Positions 18,349 through 26,959 of a stretch of 64,000 bases of DNA are shown piece after piece. Position numbers and translations under genes: made by a program. Source of the DNA: Candidatus Dormibacteria bacterium (lineage in GTDB: Bacteria; Chloroflexota; Dormibacteria; Aeolococcales; Bog-877). Every line of letters begins with the position of its first letter. Within the stretch, counting starts at the first letter, position 1. Below the pieces are notes generated by a model. That model was not told where the DNA came from and did not search any database. It worked only from the letters and a program-made list of their open reading frames with translations. The stretch covers positions 4,134 through 68,133 of the forward strand of contig JBOHUG010000039.1 of assembly GCA_050734135.1 (NCBI GenBank), given 5' to 3'.

Positions 18349-18960
18349 GTGACCGGTTGGGGACGGTCGCGTCGGATCGCACTTATGGTGGGGTCGGGTT
18401 TGGTGGTGGTCTGGGCTGCCGCCTGCGCTAGTGCCCCCGCCAGGATTCCGGCTGCGTCACCGACGCCCACCGCGGCTCCCACCACGATCGCGCCCGGGGT
18501 GGCTGTGAATCCCTCGGAATTGATTCTGCCGCCTTATACCGTCTCGACCACGAATCCGCTGCCGGCGGGCGTCTCGGCCAAACGGGTGGTACGCGATGTC
18601 GTGGTGGATGACCTCATAGAGAATGCCGCTATCCAGAAACGCGATCCGACTCTGCTCACATACTCGGACTCGGGCAATCTCCTGCAGTCTGAACGACAGG
18701 AAATTGTAACCAACAAATCTGGGGGCATCACGGTCCTGAGCATCCGGGACTCCATCACCAACATTGAAGTGGGAAGCAAGGCCGATCCAAACAACTCGTC
18801 TGTTCAATCTGCAGCAATCGTGCAAGGCACAGAAGTACGCGAGCAGCGCATTCGCTCCGGCGTCCGTACTCGTAGTTCACACCAATTCCAAGTTCTCCTA
18901 TGGTTGGTGTGGTCGCAAGCTAACTTGCGGTATTTGCTGTGCGATACGGCCGACGCGTAA
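18349..18960 (+). CDS. putative lipoprotein, function unknown
   Basis: Signal peptide RRIALMVGSGLVVVWAAAC with a lipobox-like AAAC. The gene body becomes visibly AT-richer after about 18550. Confidence 0.6.
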   Translation: MTGWGRSRRIALMVGSGLVVVWAAACASAPARIPAASPTPTAAPTTIAPGVAVNPSELILPPYTVSTTNPLPAGVSAKRVVRDVVVDDLIENAAIQKRDPTLLTYSDSGNLLQSERQEIVTNKSGGITVLSIRDSITNIEVGSKADPNNSSVQSAAIVQGTEVREQRIRSGVRTRSSHQFQVLLWLVWSQANLRYLLCDTADA

Positions 18961-19886
18961 TTCTGCGCGTCCTCGTTGCGACGATTAGTCTTCCACTCGC
19001 CATATGTAGCGCTCATGCCGACTTTCCGGACACCCGCCCGACTGTCGGGTGCCAGGCATCTGCTGGTGAATTGACGTTCGGCGGGCAGTGCGTCGGCATC
19101 CAGGGGCCGTCGGCGCCCACACAACCTGCGCAGGGTCACAGCTGGATCGTGACGCCACCGACCGTCCAGGCGTCGTGTGCTCCGTACATCGCCACAGAGT
19201 GGGCCGCCGCTGCGGGGGTTGACAGCGGGAAAATCGGCGGCGCCGTGTGGACTGTGGACGGCCAGCGCATTCCTGTCATCTACTCAACGCCTTTGACCGA
19301 CTGGGGCTGGCGGTACGCGGTGACGTGCGGAACTCCGGGAGTCACCAGATTTGTTGGGTTGGTCTCTGAGCCGCGAACTCCGAGTCCTTGTTCAGCCCAA
19401 ACTGCCACGCAAGACTGTGTGCCCGGTCTCGATCCAAGCTCCTTCTTGGCTGCCGTAAAAGGTGAAGTTCCGCGGGAGAGCATCGAGGCCTCCCCTCGAA
19501 AGCTTGGCGTCGTCGGGGTTTCAGTCGGGGTCCAAGTGGTGCCCGCGCCAGAGCCCCAGTACGCGACGATCAACGTTGCGGTACCTGATGCTGGTGACGG
19601 AGATCCGGGAGAAACCCTTCATGTGGTGTGGGTCGTCGAGGCCGCACCGGAGTCCGTGTCGTGGACTTGGCCAGATGGGTCACGGTCCCAAATTAGCAAG
19701 TGGATCCCGCAGACTTACGAAGAGGGTGGTTTCGTGGGCGCAAGTCTCGTGTACGGCGTGACCGCAACCGGATTCTGGTCGGACGGGTTGACCGTCCATG
19801 ACCTTCCGACAGTTTCGGTGGGCACCATCCCAATCACGGCGCAGCTGGCATATTCCGTTGAGCAGGTCCAGCCCGGGTTGGGGTAG
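18939..19886 (+). CDS. putative secreted protein, function unknown
   Basis: Signal peptide MRYGRRVILRVLVATISLPLAICSAHA|D (AxA site). Cys-containing mature part. Overlaps the previous gene by 22 nt. Confidence 0.6.
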   Translation: MRYGRRVILRVLVATISLPLAICSAHADFPDTRPTVGCQASAGELTFGGQCVGIQGPSAPTQPAQGHSWIVTPPTVQASCAPYIATEWAAAAGVDSGKIGGAVWTVDGQRIPVIYSTPLTDWGWRYAVTCGTPGVTRFVGLVSEPRTPSPCSAQTATQDCVPGLDPSSFLAAVKGEVPRESIEASPRKLGVVGVSVGVQVVPAPEPQYATINVAVPDAGDGDPGETLHVVWVVEAAPESVSWTWPDGSRSQISKWIPQTYEEGGFVGASLVYGVTATGFWSDGLTVHDLPTVSVGTIPITAQLAYSVEQVQPGLG

Positions 19887-19908
19887 CCGGGGCGCTCCTT
19901 CGGGCGTT

Positions 19909-19917
19909 CGATAGACT
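19909..19917 (+). promoter_or_regulatory. CGATAGACT motif (-10 TAGACT) 19 nt upstream of tRNA-Val
   Basis: The same 9-mer recurs at 20016 and 23224; TAGACT fits TANNNT. Confidence 0.45.
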
Positions 19918-19935
19918 GGGCGCCCGAGTCGGAGC

Positions 19936-20012
<77 letters not shown>

Positions 20013-20015
20013 CGC

Positions 20016-20024
20016 CGATAGACT
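20016..20024 (+). promoter_or_regulatory. second CGATAGACT copy immediately 3' of the tRNA; possible promoter for the downstream membrane-protein gene
   Basis: Exact 9-mer repeat, 4 nt after the tRNA CCA end. Confidence 0.35.
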
Positions 20025-20109
20025 TTCGGGGAACCGTCCCGGGCCGGCGGACCTACGGTCGGGACCCGCTGGGCGCCGACCATCGCCCAAATGCGATCCT
20101 TAGCCTCCA

Positions 20110-20931
20110 ATGCGTAACCCGGGCAGCAGAGAGCTCCGCCGCCGCCAGGCTCGACTGGAGAACCAGCAGCGATCCGCCGTCCGCGAGCAGACGCCGGCGC
20201 CGCGGCGCGCTGACATGATGCGCCGTGGTGGCCTACTCGAAGGGCTCGCACCCCGAGTTGTCACCCGGCTGACCCTGGCGGTCACGGTCGTCAGCCTGGT
20301 CATGATCGCGGCCGCCGTGTTAGGGCTGTTGGTGGAGATCGGCCAGCAGGATCTGCTCTTGGGGGTGGTGGTACTGCTGGTGGCCCTGGTCATCACGGGG
20401 ATTGTCGGGTCGGTAGTGGCCCCCGCCATGCGGGCCGCCCGCCGGGACCGCCGCCAGCCTGCGCGCAACATCCAAGGGCCGCTGATGGGCGCCAGTTTGG
20501 TCTCGCCGACCCCGGGGCTGGCCACGGTGGCAATCACCGTTGGCAAGAATGTGGAGCAGTTCAGGGTCCGCCCCGAACTCTTTGAGAAGCTTCGAGTGGG
20601 TGGGGCGACTGTGGTGGGGCTGACGGTGACTCCCAGCCTGAACTACGTCCAGGTGCTGAACATCATTCGCCGTGATCGGTTGGCCACCATGACCACCCCA
20701 CCCGTCTCCCGGGCGATCAGGATCTCGGTCTGGCTGCCCCTCTTCTCGGTCGGGGCGATCTCAGTAGCCCTGGCCCTGGGGTGCCTAATAGGCGCCCTGC
20801 TGCCGCTGGCGCACAGCGCCATCCATCCGCTCGTGACCGTGCTGCTAGCGATCCTTCTGGCGGGTGGTGTGGCGCTCTTCACCCGCTGGTACGGTGGTCG
20901 TCTTATCAAGGAGCTCGGACTCGAGCAGTAG
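20110..20931 (+). CDS. hypothetical integral membrane protein
   Basis: Several hydrophobic helices (LTLAVTVVSLVMIAAAVLGLL, VVVLLVALVITGIVGSVV, VWLPLFSVGAISVALALGCLIGALL, LVTVLLAILLAGGVALF). The start is uncertain (ATG 20110 or the ATGATG at 20215). Confidence 0.55.
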   Translation: MRNPGSRELRRRQARLENQQRSAVREQTPAPRRADMMRRGGLLEGLAPRVVTRLTLAVTVVSLVMIAAAVLGLLVEIGQQDLLLGVVVLLVALVITGIVGSVVAPAMRAARRDRRQPARNIQGPLMGASLVSPTPGLATVAITVGKNVEQFRVRPELFEKLRVGGATVVGLTVTPSLNYVQVLNIIRRDRLATMTTPPVSRAIRISVWLPLFSVGAISVALALGCLIGALLPLAHSAIHPLVTVLLAILLAGGVALFTRWYGGRLIKELGLEQ

Positions 20932-20972
20932 CTGGCCAAAGCAGCCAGGGGCGATCGGCTGACGAGCCCGAA

Positions 20973-20981
20973 TGCTAGACT
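20973..20981 (+). promoter_or_regulatory. extended -10 promoter TGCTAGACT for rpsF-ssb-rpsR
   Basis: TGn + TAGACT lies 64 nt upstream of the rpsF TTG. Confidence 0.5.
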
Positions 20982-20991
20982 TCGACTTCCC

Positions 20992-21016
20992 TGCACCCGG
21001 TCCCCAGCCGGCTGCA
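20992..21016 (+). promoter_or_regulatory. hairpin in the rpsF 5' leader (possible r-protein autoregulatory leader)
   Basis: TGCACCCGG-tccccag-CCGGCTGCA: 9-bp stem with a central C.C mismatch, between the predicted TSS and the GGGAGG SD. Confidence 0.35.
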
Positions 21017-21044
21017 TACCCATAGGACCTGGGAGGCGCGTGAC

Positions 21045-21545
21045 TTGAACCGCGATTACGAACTTTTCTACATCGTCCGCCCTGATGTCGACGAGGATCA
21101 GGTGCGCACCACCATGGACGAGGTGGCCTCGATGGTCGCCGGCCACGGTGGCGAGATGACCAAGTCATCTCTGTGGGGTCGGCGCCGGCTCGCTTATCCG
21201 ATCGCCGGCTTCAATGATGGGTACTACGCTCTCAAGGAGCTGACCCTGCCGGCGGACAAAGTCCGGGAACTGGAGCGGCAGCTCCGACTGGACGAACGAG
21301 TGATTCGCCACCTAATCAGCCTCAAGCAGGTGTACTACCTTCCAGGCGACGAGGATCGCCGCGGTCGGGTACGAACCCGGACCAAGGATCGCGGTGAAGT
21401 CCCCGAGGACACCGCCCCCGAAGGCGAAGAGTTGACGGACGACGTTCTGGAAGCCGAGGTAGCGGCAGATGATGGTTTCCCGGATCCAGCCGTCGAGGCG
21501 CTGGTTGTGGCCGACTCTGCAGATGACGATGACGGGGAGGAGTAG
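21045..21545 (+). CDS. rpsF: 30S ribosomal protein S6 with a long acidic C-terminal extension
   Basis: YELFYIVRPD...WGRRRLAYPI core. TTG start after GGGAGG. A tail of about 70 aa is rich in D/E. Confidence 0.92.
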   Translation: MNRDYELFYIVRPDVDEDQVRTTMDEVASMVAGHGGEMTKSSLWGRRRLAYPIAGFNDGYYALKELTLPADKVRELERQLRLDERVIRHLISLKQVYYLPGDEDRRGRVRTRTKDRGEVPEDTAPEGEELTDDVLEAEVAADDGFPDPAVEALVVADSADDDDGEE

Positions 21546-21547
21546 CG

Positions 21548-22027
21548 ATGGCAGGTTCTCTTAACCGGGTAATGCTGATCGGTCGGTGCACGGCTGACCC
21601 TGAGATGAGATATCTCCCCAGCGGTGTGCCGGTGACCCAACTGCGGATTGCGACGAACCGGTATGGCAGTTCTCAAGACGGAGAGCGCCGGGAGTTCACC
21701 GACTATCACGACGTGGTGGTGTGGAACATCGGGCAGCGCAAGCTGGCCGAGCTGGCGGGGCAGTTCCTGCGCAAGGGCAGCCTGGTCTACATCGAAGGTC
21801 GGCTACAGACGCGCTCCTGGGATGGCCAGGACGGTCAGAAGCGGTACCGCACTGAGGTCAACTGCAACGACATTCAATTTCTCGACTCGAAGGGATCGAC
21901 CTCAGAGGGAAGCGATGGTGGCCCGCGGGTCCAAGCCTTCCCGGCACCCGCAGGCGGCGAGGAGTCGGCGCCCACTCCTGCCGAACTGCCCGACGGGGAC
22001 ATCGACCCCGACGACATTCCCTTCTAG
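21548..22027 (+). CDS. ssb: single-stranded DNA-binding protein
   Basis: MAGSLNRVMLIGRCTADPEMRY OB-fold start and the canonical acidic tail ...DPDDIPF. Confidence 0.93.
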   Translation: MAGSLNRVMLIGRCTADPEMRYLPSGVPVTQLRIATNRYGSSQDGERREFTDYHDVVVWNIGQRKLAELAGQFLRKGSLVYIEGRLQTRSWDGQDGQKRYRTEVNCNDIQFLDSKGSTSEGSDGGPRVQAFPAPAGGEESAPTPAELPDGDIDPDDIPF

Positions 22028-22069
22028 GTGTGATGTGACCAATCCCAACGGAGGCTGAGGAAGCAGAAC

Positions 22070-22303
22070 GTGTCGGAGTACGCGCGGCGCCGTCCACGCA
22101 AGGTTTGCAACTTCTGCCTGGAGCGGATCGTGGAGGTGGACCACAAGGAGGTCTCCCGGCTGCGCCGCTACATCAGCGAGCGGGGCAAGATCCTGCCCCG
22201 GCGCGTGACGGGCACCTGCTCGCTTCATCAGCGTCGGCTCACAGTTGCGCTCAAGCGCGCCCGGCACATGGCGCTGCTGCCCTTCGCCACTGATCAGCAC
22301 TGA
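22070..22303 (+). CDS. rpsR: 30S ribosomal protein S18
   Basis: KVCNFC...[31 protein letters not shown]. Confidence 0.93.
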   Translation: MSEYARRRPRKVCNFCLERIVEVDHKEVSRLRRYISERGKILPRRVTGTCSLHQRRLTVALKRARHMALLPFATDQH

Positions 22304-22404
22304 GAGCATAAAGCTCCCGGCGGAATTAGTCGGTCGGACACCAAATTCAAGCTGGGGGCGCTAAAGTGCCGAGGGATCGGCAGGCGAACAGGAGGCTAGC
22401 AGCG

Positions 22405-23229
22405 GTGGCGCTTTCCAGCAGTCCGGCGAACAGGAGACGGCGCTCTTCGTCTGCGCCGTCCGGCCCGAGCCCCAAGGTCACTCTGTCGGTTGACGTCGGC
22501 GGCACGGGTATCAAAGCCGAGCTGCTTGATGCCTCCGGGAAGCCCCTCAAGGAGTCGGTGCGCTTCCGGACCGAATACCCCCTGGCCCCGACCGGCATGC
22601 TCCAGGTGTTCAAGAAGTTGGCCGCCGGCAGCCCCGGGTATGATCGAGTCTCGATCGGCTTTCCGGGGGTGGTTCGCGACGGGGTCATCTTCAGCGCTCC
22701 CCACTTCATCCGCGAAGGTGGGGAGGGCACCTCCATCTCGCCTGCACTGGAGCGGGCGTGGAGCCACTTCGACCTCGCCGCCAACACAGCACGCGCCTTG
22801 GGCAAACCGACTCGAATTGGCAACGACGCCGAGGTCCAGGGGATGGCCGTGATCAAAGGCCAGGGGCTGGAGGTGGTCGTGACCCTCGGGACCGCGTTTG
22901 GTAGCGCGATCTTCCAGGATGGAAAGCTGGCGGTCCACTTGGAACTGGCCCACCATCCCTGCCACAGCAACAAAACCTACAGCGAATACGTCGGAGAGGC
23001 AGCCCGTCAGAAGATCGGAGAAAAGCGATGGAATCGCCGGGTGCTGCGCGCCGTCGAGTTGGTGCGGCAGCTGCTCTTCTTCGATCACCTCTACGTGGGT
23101 GGCGGGAACTCCGACCACGTGAAAATACCCCTCGGTGACGACACCACCTTGGTCGACAACTCGGCTGGACTCTTAGGTGGCATTCGGCTCTGGGAGCCAC
23201 TCCGCAGCCGGCGGACTGAAGCCCGATAG
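22405..23229 (+). CDS. ppgK: polyphosphate glucokinase (ROK family)
   Basis: SVDVGGTGIKAELLD start of the ROK/PPGK fold, plus later ROK blocks. GTG 22405 is preferred: AGGAGG (22390-22395) lies 9 nt upstream. The track start GTG 22366 overlaps a TAAAGT -10-like box. Confidence 0.85.
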   Translation: MALSSSPANRRRRSSSAPSGPSPKVTLSVDVGGTGIKAELLDASGKPLKESVRFRTEYPLAPTGMLQVFKKLAAGSPGYDRVSIGFPGVVRDGVIFSAPHFIREGGEGTSISPALERAWSHFDLAANTARALGKPTRIGNDAEVQGMAVIKGQGLEVVVTLGTAFGSAIFQDGKLAVHLELAHHPCHSNKTYSEYVGEAARQKIGEKRWNRRVLRAVELVRQLLFFDHLYVGGGNSDHVKIPLGDDTTLVDNSAGLLGGIRLWEPLRSRRTEAR

Positions 23230-23232
23230 ACT
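23224..23232 (+). promoter_or_regulatory. third CGATAGACT copy; putative serA promoter -10
   Basis: Overlaps the ppgK stop codon, 77 nt upstream of the serA ATG. Confidence 0.45.
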
Positions 23233-23308
23233 GAGGTTGGCCAGGGAGGAGACGCTGACCGTCAGCCGCCCCCGCAGCCTATTCGCTCCCGCCTGAGAGG
23301 AAGTTCGC

Positions 23309-24907
23309 ATGTCTTCGCCGTTAGCTCCGGGACCGAACCGGATTCTGGTGGCTGATCCCATTGCCGAGGACGGGATCAGGCGGCTGCAGGCGGCTGGTGA
23401 AGTCGAGGTTGCCCTGAAGCTCACCGAAGGGCAACTGGTGGAGCGAGTGGTCCCGTATCAGGCGCTTGTGGTGCGCAGCGAGACCAAGGTGACCGCCCAG
23501 GTGATCGCGGCCGGGGTAAACCTCCGCGTCATCGGACGAGCGGGAGTTGGGGTAGACAACATCGATGTCGAGGCGGCGAGCACCCACGGTGTCCTGGTCG
23601 TCAATGCGCCAACCGGTAACACCGTCGCCGCGGCGGAGCACACCCTGGCCCTGATGTTGGCGCTGGTTCGCAACGTGGCCCGGGGCGACGCCTCCCTGCG
23701 CAGCGGCGGTTGGGAGCGATCCAAGCTGGTCGGCAGCGAACTCCGCGATAAGACGTTGGGAATAGTGGGACTTGGCAAAATTGGAGCCGAGGTGACCCGG
23801 ATGGCCCAGGGATTCCAGATGCGGGTCGTAGCCTTCGATCCCCTGGTGTCGCGCGAACGCGCTGCCCAGCTCGGGGTCGAGCTCCTCTCCCTCGACGACC
23901 TTCTGGCGCAGGCCGACATCCTGACCGTCCACACGCCTCTCAGCGAAGCGACCCGGGGCTTGATTGGCTCGGCCGAGCTCGCTCGGATGCCCCGCGGTGC
24001 ACGGGTTCTCAACGTCGGCAGAGGGGGCATCGTGGACGAGCCGGCTCTCGCCGCCGCGGTCCATCAGGGTCACCTCGCCGGGGCGGCGGTGGATGTCTTC
24101 ACCAGGGAGCCGCCCGCACCTGACAGCCCCCTGCTCCAGGAGCCGGGAATCCTGGTGACACCCCACTTGGGAGCCTCGACGGTGGAGGCCCAGCTCTCAG
24201 TCGCTACTGACGTGGCTGAGCAGATCGCCGATGTCCTCTCAGGCAGGCCGGCGAGGTGGGCGGTGAACGCTCCGGCGATCGCGCCGGAGGAGGCGGGTCT
24301 GATCATTCCGTACCAGGTCCTCGCCGCCAAGCTGGGGAGTCTCTACGCTCAGTTGGGCGGAGGCCGGATCCGCGGGGTGGAGCTCGACTTCCGGGGCGAG
24401 TTGGCCGCAGTTCAGCCGAGCTCCATCACCGCCGAGGCGCTGGGCGGCATCCTGCGGGCATTCACGCAGGACCGAGTCACAGCCGTGAATGCCCGCGCTG
24501 TCGCGGGTCAGCACGGAATCGAGGTCTCCGAGAAGCGCGGGTCCGGGCCCACCACCTGGGCCAGCTCACTGGTACTTCGGGTGGATGGGGATGGACCCAC
24601 CGAGCTGGAGGGAACCACCGCCAGCGGAGAGTCCCGGATTGTCCGCGTCGACGGACTACCGATCGATCTCGACCCGGACGGTCTCTTCATTTTCTTCGGT
24701 CACCGCGACCGTCCCGGGCTGATCGGAGCGATCGGACAATTGCTCGGCCAGGCCAATGTGAACATCGCGGAAATGCGAGTGGGCCGGGATGCGCCCCGCG
24801 GTCGAGCGGTGACCGCGGTCAAGATCGACGATCGGGTATCACCCGAACTCGCCGACCGGCTGCGGGCGATCGACGGGGTCACCGAACTCCACCTGGTCGA
24901 GCTCTAG
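23309..24907 (+). CDS. serA: D-3-phosphoglycerate dehydrogenase (long form with ASB/ACT domains)
   Basis: GIVGLGKIGAEV NAD motif and 2-hydroxyacid dehydrogenase blocks; 532 aa with a C-terminal ACT-like region. Confidence 0.93.
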   Translation: MSSPLAPGPNRILVADPIAEDGIRRLQAAGEVEVALKLTEGQLVERVVPYQALVVRSETKVTAQVIAAGVNLRVIGRAGVGVDNIDVEAASTHGVLVVNAPTGNTVAAAEHTLALMLALVRNVARGDASLRSGGWERSKLVGSELRDKTLGIVGLGKIGAEVTRMAQGFQMRVVAFDPLVSRERAAQLGVELLSLDDLLAQADILTVHTPLSEATRGLIGSAELARMPRGARVLNVGRGGIVDEPALAAAVHQGHLAGAAVDVFTREPPAPDSPLLQEPGILVTPHLGASTVEAQLSVATDVAEQIADVLSGRPARWAVNAPAIAPEEAGLIIPYQVLAAKLGSLYAQLGGGRIRGVELDFRGELAAVQPSSITAEALGGILRAFTQDRVTAVNARAVAGQHGIEVSEKRGSGPTTWASSLVLRVDGDGPTELEGTTASGESRIVRVDGLPIDLDPDGLFIFFGHRDRPGLIGAIGQLLGQANVNIAEMRVGRDAPRGRAVTAVKIDDRVSPELADRLRAIDGVTELHLVEL

Positions 24908-24913
24908 CTTCAG

Positions 24914-26158
24914 ATGGCCCAGGTGTCCCCGTTTCGGGGAATCCACTATGACCCGGCTGTCGTCTCCCTGGAGTCGGTCCTGGCCCCGCCCTACGACGTG
25001 ATCAGCCCCCAGCTTCAGCACGAGCTGTACGGCCGCGCCATGCAGAACGTGGTCCGGGTCGAGCTGGGTCGGGACTTCGTGGACGATTTGCCCGGGAAGC
25101 GAGACCGCTACAGCCGAGCCCGAGACCACCTCCAGGCCTGGCTCAGGGAGGGGGTACTGGTGCAGGACGAGCGGCTCTCCCTATACGTTCATAGACACTC
25201 CTTCCGGCCTCCCGGCGGAGGCGGCCCTCGGGATCGACTGGGTTGCTTCGTCGGGCTCGAGCCGGTGCCGTACGAGCGTGGCGAGGTGCTGCGGCACGAA
25301 TTGACCTTGACCGCGCCCCGGGCGGATCGGCTTCGCCTGCTCCAAGCCGCCAGAGCCCAGACCTCCCCGGTCTTCCTGCTCTACCAGGATGGGACGGAGG
25401 TCACGCGAGAACTCGAACGGGTGACCGCTTCCGCGCGGCCGTTCGCTGAGGCGGTGGTCGAAGGAGAGTTCGGGTCCGAACGCCACCAGCTGTGGCAGGT
25501 GACGGACGCAACTCCGGTGGCAACGATCACCGCCGGCCTGAGCCAGGCCCGCCTCTTCATCGCCGACGGTCATCATCGCTACGAGACCGCCGTCACCCTG
25601 GGGATGTCACGGGTCCTGGCACTCGTATCGGCCCTGGATGACCCCGGTAACGTGATCCTGCCCACCCATCGACTCGTCCCCAAGACGCCCAGGGATGTGG
25701 ACCAAATCGCCGAATACCTGGTGTCGCAGGGATGGCAGGCCGAACCGGTCCCCGACGTGTCCGAAGCTCTGGCCAAGCTAGCCATCCTGAAAGAGGACGC
25801 TCATGCCCTGGCGGTAGTTGGCGCCTCCGGCAAGATGGTGGTGAGTCGGTCGCGGGCCGCCGAAACGAACGTTGAGCCTCGGCAGGCACTTGATGTGAGA
25901 GTGCTGGAAACAGAGATCCTGGAGCCAATCCTGGGGATCGCGCCGGAAGACGCCGCCACCGGCCGGGTGCTCTACCTGCGCGACCCCAAAGAGGCGGTGC
26001 GGCTGGCGCTGGCCCAGCGCGGGGTCGCATTTCTGGTCAATCCCACCACGGTGGCGGAGATGGTCGAGGTCGCTCTGGCTGGCGAGGCGATGCCGCAGAA
26101 ATCGACCTACTTCTTCCCCAAGGTCCCAGCTGGCCTTGTGATCATGAGCCTCGAGTGA
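24914..26158 (+). CDS. DUF1015 family protein
   Basis: N-terminus VSPFRGIHYDP...LAPPYDVIS and IADGHHRYETA are typical of DUF1015. Confidence 0.85.
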   Translation: MAQVSPFRGIHYDPAVVSLESVLAPPYDVISPQLQHELYGRAMQNVVRVELGRDFVDDLPGKRDRYSRARDHLQAWLREGVLVQDERLSLYVHRHSFRPPGGGGPRDRLGCFVGLEPVPYERGEVLRHELTLTAPRADRLRLLQAARAQTSPVFLLYQDGTEVTRELERVTASARPFAEAVVEGEFGSERHQLWQVTDATPVATITAGLSQARLFIADGHHRYETAVTLGMSRVLALVSALDDPGNVILPTHRLVPKTPRDVDQIAEYLVSQGWQAEPVPDVSEALAKLAILKEDAHALAVVGASGKMVVSRSRAAETNVEPRQALDVRVLETEILEPILGIAPEDAATGRVLYLRDPKEAVRLALAQRGVAFLVNPTTVAEMVEVALAGEAMPQKSTYFFPKVPAGLVIMSLE

Positions 26159-26182
26159 GATCGGAAGGCCGGATCGGCTACG

Positions 26183-26213
26183 GGAGGCGTCACCGAGCGA
26201 CGCTCCGGTTTGA
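26183..26213 (+). terminator. putative intrinsic terminator after the DUF1015 gene
   Basis: GGAGGCGTC-accgagc-GACGCTCC stem (one bulge) followed by GGTTTGAAGTT. Confidence 0.45.
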
Positions 26214-26247
26214 AGTTGGCCCCAATTCGGGTAGGGTTTAGAACGCG

Positions 26248-26580
26248 GTGCCCACATACGCCTATCGCTGCCAGTCCGGTCATCAGTTCGAAACCGTCCA
26301 GGGAATCACTGAGCCAGCCCTGGCTTCATGCACCGTCTGCGGCTCACCAGTCCGGCGGATGGTCTTCCCGGTCGGGATCGTGTTCAAAGGCCAGGGGTTT
26401 TATAAGAACGACTCCAGATCCTCGTCCTCAAGTTCGATAACGCCTGCGACCGCTGACAGCAAGAAAGATGCGTCCCCCGCGCCGGCCAAAGCTGAAACCA
26501 GCGCCGGAGACGCGAAGCCAGACAAACCGAAGAAGGATTCAGCGTCGGGACACGCCGCCCCTGCGGGCCAAGGCGCCTGA
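26248..26580 (+). CDS. FmdB-family zinc-ribbon protein
   Basis: MPTYAYRCQSGHQFE...CTVCGSPVRR (CxxC_CxxC_SSSS type) with a low-complexity Ser/Ala/Lys tail. Confidence 0.8.
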   Translation: MPTYAYRCQSGHQFETVQGITEPALASCTVCGSPVRRMVFPVGIVFKGQGFYKNDSRSSSSSSITPATADSKKDASPAPAKAETSAGDAKPDKPKKDSASGHAAPAGQGA

Positions 26581-26595
26581 CGCCGGGAGAAGACC

Positions 26596-26919
26596 ATGGC
26601 TGAGCCCGTTCAGGTGAGCGATGCGACCTTCGACAGTGAGGTGATCAAGTCAGATACTCCGGTCCTGGTGGATTTCTGGGCCGACTGGTGCAACCCGTGC
26701 AAGATGCTGGCACCGATCGTGGAGGACCTTGCCACGGAGTACGGCGCCCGGGTTAAGGTAGCCAAGCTCGACGTGGACGCCAATCCCAATATTGCCGGCC
26801 AGTTCGGGGTGATGAGCATCCCCACTCTCATCCTCTTCAAGGGCGGCGAGGCGGTGCAGCGGGTCGTCGGCTACCAGCCGAAGTCTGCCCTCAAAGCCAA
26901 GCTCGACGCCCTGGTCTGA
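26596..26919 (+). CDS. trxA: thioredoxin (active site WCNPC)
   Basis: [19 protein letters not shown]...[20 protein letters not shown] upstream. Confidence 0.92.
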   Translation: MAEPVQVSDATFDSEVIKSDTPVLVDFWADWCNPCKMLAPIVEDLATEYGARVKVAKLDVDANPNIAGQFGVMSIPTLILFKGGEAVQRVVGYQPKSALKAKLDALV

Positions 26920-26929
26920 GACGGGGACC

Positions 26930-26959
26930 GGGCGCCTGAAACGATACGATCAGGCGCCC
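26930..26959 (+). promoter_or_regulatory. perfect 10-bp stem-loop abutting the argS start codon
   Basis: GGGCGCCTGA-aacgatacga-TCAGGCGCCC immediately followed by ATG 26960. No SD is visible. Confidence 0.4.

Noticed and set aside
22366-22404. GTG 22366 as the ppgK start
   Set aside because: The codon is embedded in a TAAAGT -10-like box and has no SD. In-frame GTG 22405 has AGGAGG at optimal spacing. The longer form remains possible.
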